Shown: positions 10,801-23,536 of the stretch, in pieces
Position numbering within the stretch: the first letter of the stretch is position 1
Layout: every line of letters begins with the position of its first letter
DNA from: a bacterium
GTDB lineage: Bacteria; UBP6; UBA1177; JAKLFG01
Length of the DNA: 64,000 nucleotides
Assembly (NCBI GenBank): GCA_022709425.1
Contig: JAKLIW010000001.1
Coordinates: 17,552 to 81,551 of the forward strand
Direction: 5' to 3'
Program-made: the position numbers and the translations under genes
Notes under the pieces: model-generated
Told to the model about the DNA's origin: nothing
Databases searched by the model: none
What the model saw: only the letters and a program-made list of their open reading frames with translations

Positions 10801-11353
10801 ATTTCTCGGTGACAAGAGTGTAGTAACGAATCGCCGGGAGCGGTTTGCCCACCTCCATCAAGTTCGAGGCCATGAAGAAATAGACCTCGTCGATACCGGT
10901 GAAGTTGGGATATTTCTTAATAATAAAGTCACAGATGTCGGTAGCTTTTTCATTCCATTTCCACGCCTCTTTAAGATCAAGTTCCGGCATGGGAGCATTG
11001 GGATCGTTGAGTTCGTAGTACTTGTCGGTTTTCTTGTTATACTCCTCCATGACGACCGCTTTGATGCCACGGGCCTTTTCCCAGTAAAGTTCGGCGAGAC
11101 GGCGGTAGACTTCTGCTTTTTTCGGTCCTTCGGGGAAATCCTTGAGAAGCTCGAGGAGCTGCTCTATGGCTTTGTCGCGCTGCGCCATGGCTTTGGAATC
11201 GATCTGGACCTTGGTCGCCTCGACCTCCATTTTAGCGGGGCCCTTGACCGACCCACCCTCATCACCTTTTCTTTTTTCGCGCGCGGCAAGGAGCGTTCCC
11301 GCCATAAGCACGACGATTGCCGCGATCAGGAGCTTTTTGGTCATGCCGATCAT
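7829..11353 (-). CDS. large secreted TPR protein (1174 aa; GltD/AgmU / NfsD-like)
   Basis: Signal peptide, then TPR/Sel1-like repeats (W/Y-rich helices) throughout. Size and neighbourhood match AgmU/NfsD (~1200 aa). Confidence 0.65.
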   Translation of the reverse strand: MIGMTKKLLIAAIVVLMAGTLLAAREKRKGDEGGSVKGPAKMEVEATKVQIDSKAMAQRDKAIEQLLELLKDFPEGPKKAEVYRRLAELYWEKARGIKAVVMEEYNKKTDKYYELNDPNAPMPELDLKEAWKWNEKATDICDFIIKKYPNFTGIDEVYFFMASNLMEVGKPLPAIRYYTLVTEKYKNSKYAADSFYEMAEYFFNNNNVFKAMPAYKAIIDNYPSNPFFGYALYKYAWCLYNVGEYEESIKVFHSVVEYSMKFNKVEIKEEALKDMVTPYAEAGNVDDAEKYFKTIVKEQKYFIMVLIKLAGIYFEQDKNEEAIKIYRKLISEVPNAPEGPQWQKQIVECYKKLNMKDNVRLEILVLVEKYGNKDSSWAKANAAKDATSVESAMQTAEANLRILLVEYHNEARKTQAENTWKVVEELYPKYLKYYPKSEASYDIRFNYAEFLWEKKKYAQAGDEYQVVADLNPKGSHFEDASYGAVSAFGMLLKESQDKRNAEIKQNMADKKKAGETAIDQNRVTIAGQGKGVTQKKGIPPEYQPKPIPELEQKFIKACETYIKNIPRSKYLVDIIYKQAITYYAFNHYQESVPVFEMIVQKYPREELAVFSADLIMDSLNITEDWEAISNKAREMLRNSALISGRNRLKDDLEKFKEMASFYAAELPAQNGKAIDSAERYIAFVTEFPASKFNDVSLNNAIYYYAKGEDLYKSIRVQERFLSETGKLYKESKLRNDIMFGLAKNYEAIAYYDKAAELYIDFAAKAAQHKSAGDAIYNAAVLYEALGDTEKALDNYKLYIDKHAKEDKDKAKIALQFGYIWMRKGKTYYDKARKGFDRFVADYTTIKGLKDYRYIDKTGKLTGKEDASSVDVSKGDLNTIFALYASLAKMAKEEAKNEDYYKNMDAILQLYKNGQFKEKEDFAESTRDTIAEALLVETEAKFKEFMAIDLNVKYDKTIKYKPEEINYADESTVPKNIKKEMDTFNKETTDRLTKKAEMLVELEQRYMQIIEQTKSPRLTPASLYYIGAMYRDMTDKMFSAPLPPWLNENQKIVYKNMLDEKALNARQKAVEALEKAMLKGYETSVYNDWVKKAKYELRNFQELRPGKYYDENEIVPGANMIETSSLIGRVDMDIKFPAITDEEKKDIMRKMSGSEHTAPAAAPAGAAQSATPATN

Positions 11354-11378
11354 ATCGCTTCCCTTCCTTAGTTATCTG

Positions 11379-13007
11379 TTATTCATCAACACAAGCATTC
11401 TGGATATTGTAGAAATAGTAGCCAAGCTCATCTTCCCAGTATTCGCCGTCGAACGGCCAATAGTAAGCACGGTTCGGCACTGCCGGGGAATAAGACTCCT
11501 CCTCTTTGAGGGCACTCTCTTTAAGTTTCTTCCCATACAGCTCTTCCTTTTCAAGCGTCTCTTTAATCTTATCGGTCATCTCAAAGCGGATAGCCTTCAT
11601 ATCGGCAATGATCTGAGTGAGATCTTGCGCAACCTCCTGTAGTTTCTTAACCAACATTTTTCCGCTGTCATTGCGAAGAGTGGTAAGCTGATAGGTCATC
11701 TTCTTCGAGAGATCGTCGGCGATAACGCTTTTTTTGAAGGCCTCGGGGCTATTTTCTATGACCTCTATTTCGCGTTCTATTTCCTTGATGTGGATATAGT
11801 CGCGCTGGAATTTCTGATCGGTAAGAACACTGCGCAGGATCGCTTCGGGTAGCGGCGTCGGTTTGCCGGCCGCCGAATCGCGATACATGGAAAGAAGTTC
11901 TTTATAGATATCCAACCCGGTCTTGGTGGAGACATTCTCAAGCCATGACTGAAGACGCTGACGGTAATCGGGATACACCAAGAAGAATTTGTCGATGACC
12001 TCGTTGACCTCTTTGTAGCGACAGAGGTTATAGTAGGTAACAGCTTCGACAACATAAACATCGGGGAAATAAATGTCGGTGAAGAAAGGGCTACCAAGGG
12101 TCACAACGGTACCGAGGGTCGAATCGAAACGGCTAATCATAAGGGAGGCCCAAGTCCGCGCAAAGAGCGATTCGAACCACTGCGGGTTACGACGATCGAC
12201 ATTGGTAAAGTAATTAAGCGCAACGTTGAACATCGCAAGCTTGTTCTTGGTCTTCTCATCGAAACCGGCGGCATAGTAAAGTTCGCCAAGCGCCAGTTCC
12301 GCCATCCCCTTGAGCTGTTTGATGTCGGCGCCGACATACATATCGTCTGGCATTTCCATGATCTTCTGGAAACTCTTCATCGCCTCGGCATACATGCGCT
12401 GACGAACCTGGATAACGCCCATGAAATAAGTCGCGAGCGGATAGAACGAACTGTAGTCCTTCACCTGCGTAAAGAATTTCAGAGACTCCTCATCCTGCCC
12501 TTTGTAGAAGTTTATCTTGCCGAGGTAATACATGAGTTCGTTGGCAAACTTTTGGGGGAGCGAGGTGTAATTAACGTTTGAAAGAACCGCGAACAGAACG
12601 CGCTCATCCTTCGTCTCGTAGGTAACCGCAAGGAGTTTAAGGAGCGCTGATACGAAGTAATGACTATCGGGACCTTCAAACAGGATCTCAGCCAATTGAT
12701 ATTCGGCCGACTGATACAATCCCATACGGAACAATGCCTCAGCGTAGTAATAGCGGGCAGTTTCATGAAGGCGAGCCCATTCGCCGTTTTTCATAACGGC
12801 ATAAAATCCTATTGCGGCAGTATGGTAATCACCGCCGTTATAGGCGTCAACGACCTTTTTGATCGCGTCGGGCATACCCTGTACGACCACCGAGTCGATC
12901 TGTTCATATTTCTTCATTTCCTGTTCGCGGACCGTCAACTGTTCAGCACAGGAGACGAACATCCCGACGAGAAGAATGAAGATGACTGCGAGCGCGGTGT
13001 TTTTCAT
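11379..13007 (-). CDS. TPR-repeat lipoprotein (GltC/NfsC-like)
   Basis: Lipobox LLVGMFVSCAEQ, N-terminal TPR repeats and a C-terminal coiled coil. 542 aa. Confidence 0.6.
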   Translation of the reverse strand: MKNTALAVIFILLVGMFVSCAEQLTVREQEMKKYEQIDSVVVQGMPDAIKKVVDAYNGGDYHTAAIGFYAVMKNGEWARLHETARYYYAEALFRMGLYQSAEYQLAEILFEGPDSHYFVSALLKLLAVTYETKDERVLFAVLSNVNYTSLPQKFANELMYYLGKINFYKGQDEESLKFFTQVKDYSSFYPLATYFMGVIQVRQRMYAEAMKSFQKIMEMPDDMYVGADIKQLKGMAELALGELYYAAGFDEKTKNKLAMFNVALNYFTNVDRRNPQWFESLFARTWASLMISRFDSTLGTVVTLGSPFFTDIYFPDVYVVEAVTYYNLCRYKEVNEVIDKFFLVYPDYRQRLQSWLENVSTKTGLDIYKELLSMYRDSAAGKPTPLPEAILRSVLTDQKFQRDYIHIKEIEREIEVIENSPEAFKKSVIADDLSKKMTYQLTTLRNDSGKMLVKKLQEVAQDLTQIIADMKAIRFEMTDKIKETLEKEELYGKKLKESALKEEESYSPAVPNRAYYWPFDGEYWEDELGYYFYNIQNACVDE

Positions 13008-13022
13008 GCTTGGTTACCTCTC

Positions 13023-13907
13023 TCAGTCGGCGAACGGCAGGAACATGCCGAAGTTGATGGTGAAGAGCGTATCGGTCTTGAGATACGAGCTCTTCGCGTT
13101 AGTCGTTGCTCCGAGCTTGAAACGCTCGTCGCCCATCAGATACCAGTCGAGATTGAGCGACAGGAAGAAGTTGTTGGTGATGAAAAACCGACCGGCGAAC
13201 CCGGCATTCACCGCGAACCGATGACCGGTCTCTTCGCGGGCTCCTTTCTGCAAAAGAACCTGATAGTAGTTGCCGCCCAGCGAGACATTGAGATCGTATT
13301 TCGGTATGAAGTTGCCGAACAGACTGAGTTTGCCGTAGAACGGAGTGAACACGACCGAGAGACCGCCCGCCATAACGGCGTTACTCGAAGAAACCTCGGC
13401 GTTGAGTTCGTTGACCTGCTTACGCGTCTCGCGCTCCCAGTTTATGGGAGCATAAAAGAATCGTCCCTGAACGGCGAAGAGATCATTGATGTTGTAGGCG
13501 ATCTGAGCACCAACGGTCATCGAATCATCCCAGTCACCGACGATGAAACCAACGCCCACACCCATCTCAACGCGACCTTCCTTGTAGAACTCGCGTTTCT
13601 GAACGACTTTTATCTTTTTCTTTTTATCGACGGAGAGCTCGCGCATCTCCTTTTCGAGCTTGGGATCGGCCGCCGCCTGCGAAACGGCAAGATTGGCCGT
13701 CTGTGTTTCGGGAGTCGCCGCAGCTTCGCCCTCTGCGGGAACGCCGCCCTCAACCGGAGCTACCGCGCCATCGGCCGGCGCGCCATCGGTCGGGGCCCCC
13801 TCAGCGCCAGCACCACCTTCGAGGTCGAACAGGTCGGCCGCGCCCAAATTAAGAGAGAACACACTCGCGAGGAAAACCGTCAAAACCGCCAGTTTCATCT
13901 GTTTCAT
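13023..13907 (-). CDS. outer-membrane beta-barrel protein (GltA/B / NfsA/B-like)
   Basis: Start most likely MKQMKLAVLTVFLASVFSL (signal peptide). Ala/Gly/Pro-rich low-complexity N-terminal region, then an amphipathic beta-strand pattern and C-terminal ...FGMFLPFAD. Confidence 0.5.
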   Translation of the reverse strand: MKQMKLAVLTVFLASVFSLNLGAADLFDLEGGAGAEGAPTDGAPADGAVAPVEGGVPAEGEAAATPETQTANLAVSQAAADPKLEKEMRELSVDKKKKIKVVQKREFYKEGRVEMGVGVGFIVGDWDDSMTVGAQIAYNINDLFAVQGRFFYAPINWERETRKQVNELNAEVSSSNAVMAGGLSVVFTPFYGKLSLFGNFIPKYDLNVSLGGNYYQVLLQKGAREETGHRFAVNAGFAGRFFITNNFFLSLNLDWYLMGDERFKLGATTNAKSSYLKTDTLFTINFGMFLPFAD

Positions 13908-14117
13908 AGTCCGTCCCTGTAGATTGTTAACACACCTCAAAACTCGAGGTAGGCTATTTTTTTTCCCGGGGGATGTCAAGAAATTTTTTTTTCGCCTTTC
14001 AGAAAAGGCACTTCCTCGATTTTACTCGGATTAACGGACTCACAACTTCTTTTTTGCATCATCGTCCGCACCTCTTCTATTGTATTTATTTTTTCCCTCT
14101 GTCGGGATAGTCAAAAA

Positions 14118-14235
14118 AAAGAGGCGACGACCTACTTTTCCATGGGGGGACCCCACAGTATCATCGGCGCGGGAGCGTTTCACGACTGAGTTCGGGAAGG
14201 GATCAGGTGGTACCACTCCGCAATCGTCACCTCAA
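14118..14235 (-). rRNA. rrf: 5S ribosomal RNA
   Basis: The reverse complement contains CCTGATCCCTTCCCGAACTCAGTCGTGAAACGCTCCCGCGCCGATGATACTGTGGGG, the conserved 5S core. A T-tract (A8 on the plus strand at ~14111-14118) follows on the transcribed strand. Ends are approximate. Confidence 0.65.
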
Positions 14236-14289
14236 GGGTAGGGACTCACGGTCAAGTGAGATCCGGCACTGGTCTTGGAATTACATAAC

Positions 14290-17222
<2,933 letters not shown>

Positions 17223-17356
17223 ATGCCTGTTATGTGTTACCAAGACCAGAGCCGGTTTCACTCAACCGACTTCCCTTTATCACTTTGAAAAGAACACGGC
17301 AAAAGCCGTCAATCATGAACCCGTCGGATCCATCATTCACCGCTCTCGCGAAAACA

Positions 17357-17431
17357 TGGTGGAGGATAGGAGGCTCGAACTCCTGACCCCCTGCGTGCAA
17401 GGCAGGTGCTCTCCCACTGAGCTAATCCCCC
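17357..17431 (-). tRNA. tRNA-Ala (TGC)
   Basis: Reverse complement is GGGGGATTAGCTCAGTGGGAGAGCACCTGCCTTGCACGCAGGGGGTCAGGAGTTCGAGCCTCCTATCCTCCACCA. Clean cloverleaf with the G3:U70 alanine identity pair. Sits in the 16S-23S spacer. Confidence 0.85.
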
Positions 17432-17475
17432 GCACGTCTCGAATACCAAAGAACTCAACCTCAAACGCGAAACAT

Positions 17476-17552
<77 letters not shown>

Positions 17553-17602
17553 GAGTCTCATTCAAAACTGAGCAGCAACGAGAGACGCTTATTTTTCCGT
17601 GA

Positions 17603-19127
<1,525 letters not shown>

Positions 19128-19246
19128 ATCCTTACTTCTCAAGCGTTCACTCAAAAGAACCAGGGTTGGTTCCTTTTTATATCTCTCTTTGCTGCTGCTC
19201 AGTTTTCAATGAACTCGGATGCCCCGGTTTCCCAAAGCGCTCGACG

Positions 19247-19285
19247 AATATAGCAAAACGATTTTTTTTGTCAACTCTTTTTTTG
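19247..19285 (-). promoter_or_regulatory. rRNA operon sigma70 promoter (-35 TTGACA / 16 nt / -10 TATATT) with an upstream A-tract
   Basis: On the minus strand: GAGTTGACAAAAAAAATCGTTTTGCTATATTCG. The -35 is at 19269-19274 and the -10 at 19247-19252, about 115 nt upstream of the 16S 5' end. An AAAAAAA tract lies immediately upstream, in the position of an UP element. Confidence 0.55.
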
Positions 19286-19334
19286 AACATTTTTCTAAAC
19301 GATGGTTAACGTGCTGATTTCTATAGAATATATC

Positions 19335-19961
19335 TTATTTTTGAAGAGAGCGGGGGCTCAGAGTACCGACGATGCGCGCCGTCAGCGCCTCGACCAGTGC
19401 CGCGCTTCGCCGTATCCGCCCCTTGCAGAAATTGAAAAATATGATGGCGGGAATGGCGACGCCGAGGCCGACCGCCGTGGCGATGAGCGCCTCGGAGATA
19501 CCGCTCATAACGGCCTGCGGGCCGCCTTTAGTGGCTACCGCGAGATCAGCGAAGCTCTTCATTATGCCGAGCACCGTACCGAGCAATCCCACGAACGGCG
19601 CGTTGGAGCCGACGGTGCCGAGGAAGTCGGTGAATCGTTCCCACTGCTGGCGCGCCGTGATGAGGCGGGCGTTCACCAGTTCACGGAAGGCTTCGCCGGT
19701 ATCGGGCGCCTCGTTGAGAGCGTCAGCAACGATACGGGCCTCCTCACCGCGCACCGAGGCAAGGGCCGTCAGTATCGCGGCTCGATCTTTTGCCGCGGCA
19801 AGGGCGGCATGCAGTCTCCCCTCGTCGCGGACCAGCGTCCGGCGATAGTAGAAGAGCCGTTCGATGAAGAAGGCGACCGTGAAGAAAGAGATGATGAATA
19901 GAAGATACAGTATCGCGCGGGCCGCGTAGAAGGCGAAAAGCGATATCTGAGCGGTTATCAT
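19335..19961 (-). CDS. MotA/TolQ/ExbB-family proton channel protein
   Basis: Three predicted TM helices. Conserved C-terminal region GLLGTVLGIMKSFADLA, typical of ExbB/TolQ/MotA. No adjacent ExbD/TolR/MotB partner. Confidence 0.75.
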   Translation of the reverse strand: MITAQISLFAFYAARAILYLLFIISFFTVAFFIERLFYYRRTLVRDEGRLHAALAAAKDRAAILTALASVRGEEARIVADALNEAPDTGEAFRELVNARLITARQQWERFTDFLGTVGSNAPFVGLLGTVLGIMKSFADLAVATKGGPQAVMSGISEALIATAVGLGVAIPAIIFFNFCKGRIRRSAALVEALTARIVGTLSPRSLQK

Positions 19962-19988
19962 GACGATCCTCCGTGATCAATATCGATT

Positions 19989-20930
19989 TTATCTGGTAGC
20001 GTGGATTTCGGTTCCCTGCGGAACTGCAACACGCACCGTGGCGTGGGGTCCGATACGACACTCGGTACCGATGAGTGCCGTGGCGCAGAGGTACGCGCCG
20101 GGAGAGATAACCGTATCGCTTCCGACAACGGCGCCCCGTTCGACATAAACGGTATCGGGAAGCAGTATCGTGACACCGCTTTCCATAAGCGTGTTTTTGA
20201 TCCGTCCCTGCATCACGCGATCGGCCTCGGCAAGCTCCACACGCGAATTGATGCCGGAAAGCGAGCGAAAGTCCTCGTCGACACAGGCAACCACTTTCGC
20301 CTTTCGGGCAGCGGCGAAAGCAACGATATCGGTGAGGTAATATTCCCGCTTGGCGTTCGAATTGGTCAGCCGCGGCAACGCTTCGGCCAGCAGTTCACGC
20401 GACACCAGATAGACGCCGCTGTTTATCTCGGTTATACGCCGCTCGGTTTCGGTAGCGTCATTATACTCAACGATACCGGTAATGTTCCCTCGCGACCGCT
20501 GGATGCGACCGTAGCGGGCGGGGTCATCGAGGATGCAGGTGATGAGCGCCAGATCGGCCCGTTCCCGTTCGTAAGAGGCGATGAGCCGTTCGATCGTCTC
20601 CTTTTTCAAGAGCGGCGTATCGCCGGGCAGTATCAGAAAATGGGTGGCCTCGGGATCGGCGTCAGCGAAAGCATACCGCACTGCACCGCCAGTACCGTCC
20701 TGTTCTTGCTGAAATGAAAAGCGAACTCGCGGGTACTGCGCGCGCACAAAATCTTCAACCTGCTCGCGCAGGTGGCCAACGACCAACTGCACGCCGCCGA
20801 ATGAAGTCGCTGTATCGAGAATCCATCCGATGATGGGGTATCCCGAAACCGGATGCATGACCTTCGGCAACACCTCTGAACGCATCCGCGTCCCCTTTCC
20901 CGCCGCCAATATCAATGACACGATTTTCAT
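19989..20930 (-). CDS. sugar-phosphate nucleotidyltransferase with a short hexapeptide-repeat C-terminus (GlmU-like, shortened)
   Basis: N-terminal LILAAGKGTRMRS...LPKVMHPV nucleotidyltransferase signature. C-terminal left-handed beta-helix hexapeptides (VERGAVVGSDTVISPGAYL...). Only ~313 aa, against ~450 aa for bifunctional GlmU. Confidence 0.6.
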   Translation of the reverse strand: MKIVSLILAAGKGTRMRSEVLPKVMHPVSGYPIIGWILDTATSFGGVQLVVGHLREQVEDFVRAQYPRVRFSFQQEQDGTGGAVRYAFADADPEATHFLILPGDTPLLKKETIERLIASYERERADLALITCILDDPARYGRIQRSRGNITGIVEYNDATETERRITEINSGVYLVSRELLAEALPRLTNSNAKREYYLTDIVAFAAARKAKVVACVDEDFRSLSGINSRVELAEADRVMQGRIKNTLMESGVTILLPDTVYVERGAVVGSDTVISPGAYLCATALIGTECRIGPHATVRVAVPQGTEIHATR

Positions 20931-22150
20931 TATTTCCCCCTTTTCCGTTCTCGGTAAAGCGGTATGGTGCAAATGAATTCGACCACCTGTCGATCATCGT
21001 CCTTGTTCCGCATCATGATGTCCCCGCCCATGCCTTTCATTATCTGGCGGACGATGACCAAGCCCAAACCGGTCCCCTTTTCCTCGCTCTTGGTGGTGAA
21101 AAAAGGCTCGAAGATATTGTCGGCGATATGTTGGGGTATCTTGGGGCCGTTATTCGATATGGTCATAACAAGATGATCCTTGTTCTTCTCAAGGGTCATC
21201 TCGATACGTTTCGTCTTTACCGCCGAGCCCTCAAAAGCATCTATCGCATTGTTGACGATGTTCGTTACTGCTTGGATGAGCTCCTGTTTGTTGCCCCACA
21301 CCTCTAGCGCTTCTCGCGAACGGTTCGTGATGGTAAAGACAATGCTCTGCTTCCTGATGTTGTAAAGAGTAAGAGTACGCACATCCTCGATGATCGCCAT
21401 GATATCTATAGCGGTCAAGGTCTTTTCCTGTTTATAGAATCTGCGGAAAGATTTAAGAAGATCCTCGATCTGCCGCACCCCTTTGATCGAATCGTTCAGA
21501 CTCGGCACGATGGTCTTATCGATAAGGTGTCTGTTCTCGACATTGCCACACTCGGCGCGTATCTGTTTGAGCATAAGCAGGATCGTTTCTTGATTCGCCT
21601 TGATGAATGTAAGCGGCGAATTGACCTCATGAACTATCGAACTCACCATCGTGCCGATGGTCGCCAAGCGATCGGCATGGATAAGCATCTGCGTTCGTTC
21701 CTGTACTTTTTCCTCAAGATCGAATTGATACTCTATCAGCTTGAGGTGATTTTGTATCTTGATGGCCAATTCGTGCCACTTTACCGGTTTTTCAATGAAG
21801 TCGATACCGCCGCGGGACAATGCCTTCTCACGCATATTCTCATCGTCGATGAAGGCGGTGTCGCCCGTAATGAAAATGACACGCGCCCGTGGTGATATTC
21901 GCGCAATATCGTTAAAGAGATCGATACCGTTCTGCGCACCGAGCCTCACGTCTATTATATAGAGGATGCGCGGATTGGTCGACGCCATTTTCAGCGCATC
22001 GGACGGCTCGGAGGTGAAAGAGCCGGTCAATCCGGGAAGATAGTGGGAAAGCCGGGCGCGAGCGACCTCCAAAAACGCCGATTCGTCATCGATAACGCAA
22101 TAACGGCCGGCGACATCATGTTTAGATACCGTCGCCATGCTCCTCCGCAA
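20930..22150 (-). CDS. hybrid response-regulator receiver / histidine kinase
   Basis: N-terminal REC-like domain (CVIDDESAFLEV...ILYIIDVRLGAQNG...IFITGD). HisKA H-box (HEVNSPLTFIKAN). HATPase_c G-boxes (GTGLGLVIVRQIMKGMGGDI). Confidence 0.7.
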   Translation of the reverse strand: MRRSMATVSKHDVAGRYCVIDDESAFLEVARARLSHYLPGLTGSFTSEPSDALKMASTNPRILYIIDVRLGAQNGIDLFNDIARISPRARVIFITGDTAFIDDENMREKALSRGGIDFIEKPVKWHELAIKIQNHLKLIEYQFDLEEKVQERTQMLIHADRLATIGTMVSSIVHEVNSPLTFIKANQETILLMLKQIRAECGNVENRHLIDKTIVPSLNDSIKGVRQIEDLLKSFRRFYKQEKTLTAIDIMAIIEDVRTLTLYNIRKQSIVFTITNRSREALEVWGNKQELIQAVTNIVNNAIDAFEGSAVKTKRIEMTLEKNKDHLVMTISNNGPKIPQHIADNIFEPFFTTKSEEKGTGLGLVIVRQIMKGMGGDIMMRNKDDDRQVVEFICTIPLYRERKRGK

Positions 22151-22487
22151 TCATCATGATGCGACCGGCGAGACGTTCGCCGAATAACAGGCAAGCCGTC
22201 TGGGCAATGGTCCGGCGCAGATCGTCAGCCTGCACCCCTTCCCATCTCAGGCGGATACCGACCCCCTCTTTTCCTTCTTCGTTCACACCATGGTACACGA
22301 CGGTCCCCGGAATAGTGAATGAGCGGTCGATCGCTGCCGAGGTGATCACGAAGTTGAGATCGGCACCCAGCGGATAGCGATGTTTCATCTTCATGAATAT
22401 CCATCCGCGGCTGAGCGATCTGATATAATCGAAGAGGAACGTGTTGAATTTTTTATACTCGAGCCTCAAGGTCGTTTGATCGGTCAT
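22122..22487 (-). CDS. small PilZ-like domain protein (tentative)
   Basis: 121 aa with an RxxxR element (IRSLSRG) followed ~30 aa later by a D-x-S-containing stretch (AIDRSFTIPG). The match to the PilZ motifs is imperfect. Confidence 0.3.
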   Translation of the reverse strand: MTDQTTLRLEYKKFNTFLFDYIRSLSRGWIFMKMKHRYPLGADLNFVITSAAIDRSFTIPGTVVYHGVNEEGKEGVGIRLRWEGVQADDLRRTIAQTACLLFGERLAGRIMMIAEEHGDGI

Positions 22488-22576
22488 TGATCGGTCCCCG
22501 TACGCGCAGAGTAAATAGTCGCCGCGATTATATCGTCGCTCCGGCGAGAGTCAATTTTTCGGCATTCTGGCAAAGA

Positions 22577-23400
22577 TCAATAGAGATAGGCGGTTCCCGG
22601 AAGGTCAACACCGAGTGTTCTAGCCTCATCATCAAGCTGATAGGAGCTGTATCGGGAGATCCCGTACTTGACGATGACCCGACTCAGACGTTCGGTGTAA
22701 TCGGTTCCGATACGAGAGTAATTGATGAATCCGGCGGTCTGCCTCAATGGTTCGCCGGGATAAAGTTCTCGATAGATGCGATATCGTAGATAGGCCCGAT
22801 TTCTGTTCAAATTGAGCATGAAACGCTCGATCGAATCACTGATCGTCTCAAATCGCTTGATATTCCGTTCGGTCCCTTGCCAACTGAGCGGTTGTATCCC
22901 CTTCCACGCATGAATGGCGGTATGACCGAAAAGGTTATTCGCCTCCCCTACGAAGCGAGAAGTTCCCCATCCCGATTCAAGCGCCGCCAACGCGATCGCC
23001 AATGCCGGATCGACCGGGCGGATCTTTATGCGAAGTTCTTCCGACACCTCCCTGAGTTTCTCACCATGCAATGCCGCGTCGGACAATTCTTCATTTTCAA
23101 GGACGCGATACTTCCTTGCCGTTCGACGGATAAAGAGCAGATCATCAGGAGCAAGAACTTCTTTAGCCGACATCTTTTCCCATCGTCGCCATTCGGCGGC
23201 TATCCGTTCATTCTCGCGCAAGATGAGCGGCAACAACGTTCTGATGAACAGTCGTATCCGCGAAACGGGAGGAAGTCCCTCCAGTCCGTCAGGCATATAG
23301 GCATTGAATAGTGGCGGCACCAAAGGATCGTCAAGTTGATAATCCACCAGTTCAAAACAGTCGGAAAGCTGTCCGGCATCGCGCAGATAAAGATCGGCGG
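22577..23400 (-). CDS. Bax-type glucosaminidase-domain protein (start uncertain)
   Basis: Contains ALAIALAALESGWGTSRFVGEANNLFG, the canonical FlgJ/Bax glucosaminidase motif. The ATG-to-stop ORF in the track runs to 23506 across a tRNA gene, so the true start must lie below ~23440 (probably a GTG/TTG start). Confidence 0.55.
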
Positions 23401-23444
23401 CCGAAACATCAACGAAAAAAAAGAAAATAACCGAGAAAAAAAGA

Positions 23445-23521
23445 TGGTAGGCGGAGCGGGGATCGAACCCACGACCTTTGGCTTCGGAGGCCAACACTCT
23501 ATCCAACTGAGCTACCCGCCC
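23445..23521 (-). tRNA. tRNA-Arg (CCG)
   Basis: Reverse complement is GGGCGGGTAGCTCAGTTGGATAGAGTGTTGGCCTCCGAAGCCAAAGGTCGTGGGTTCGATCCCCGCTCCGCCTACCA. Cloverleaf with anticodon loop CTCCGAA, T-loop GGTTCGATCC and an encoded CCA. Confidence 0.8.
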
Positions 23522-23536
23522 ACTCGTCAGGTCCGA

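Noticed and set aside
4090-13922. Long plus-strand ORFs (4090-5505, 7664-9175, 9926-11371, 12660-13922) antisense to the Glt/Nfs-like operon genes
   Set aside because: They are shadow ORFs typical of high-GC DNA. Their translations are low-complexity, Arg/Ala/Gly-rich, with no motifs, while the opposite strand encodes proteins with clear signal peptides, TPR repeats and the AgmX domain.
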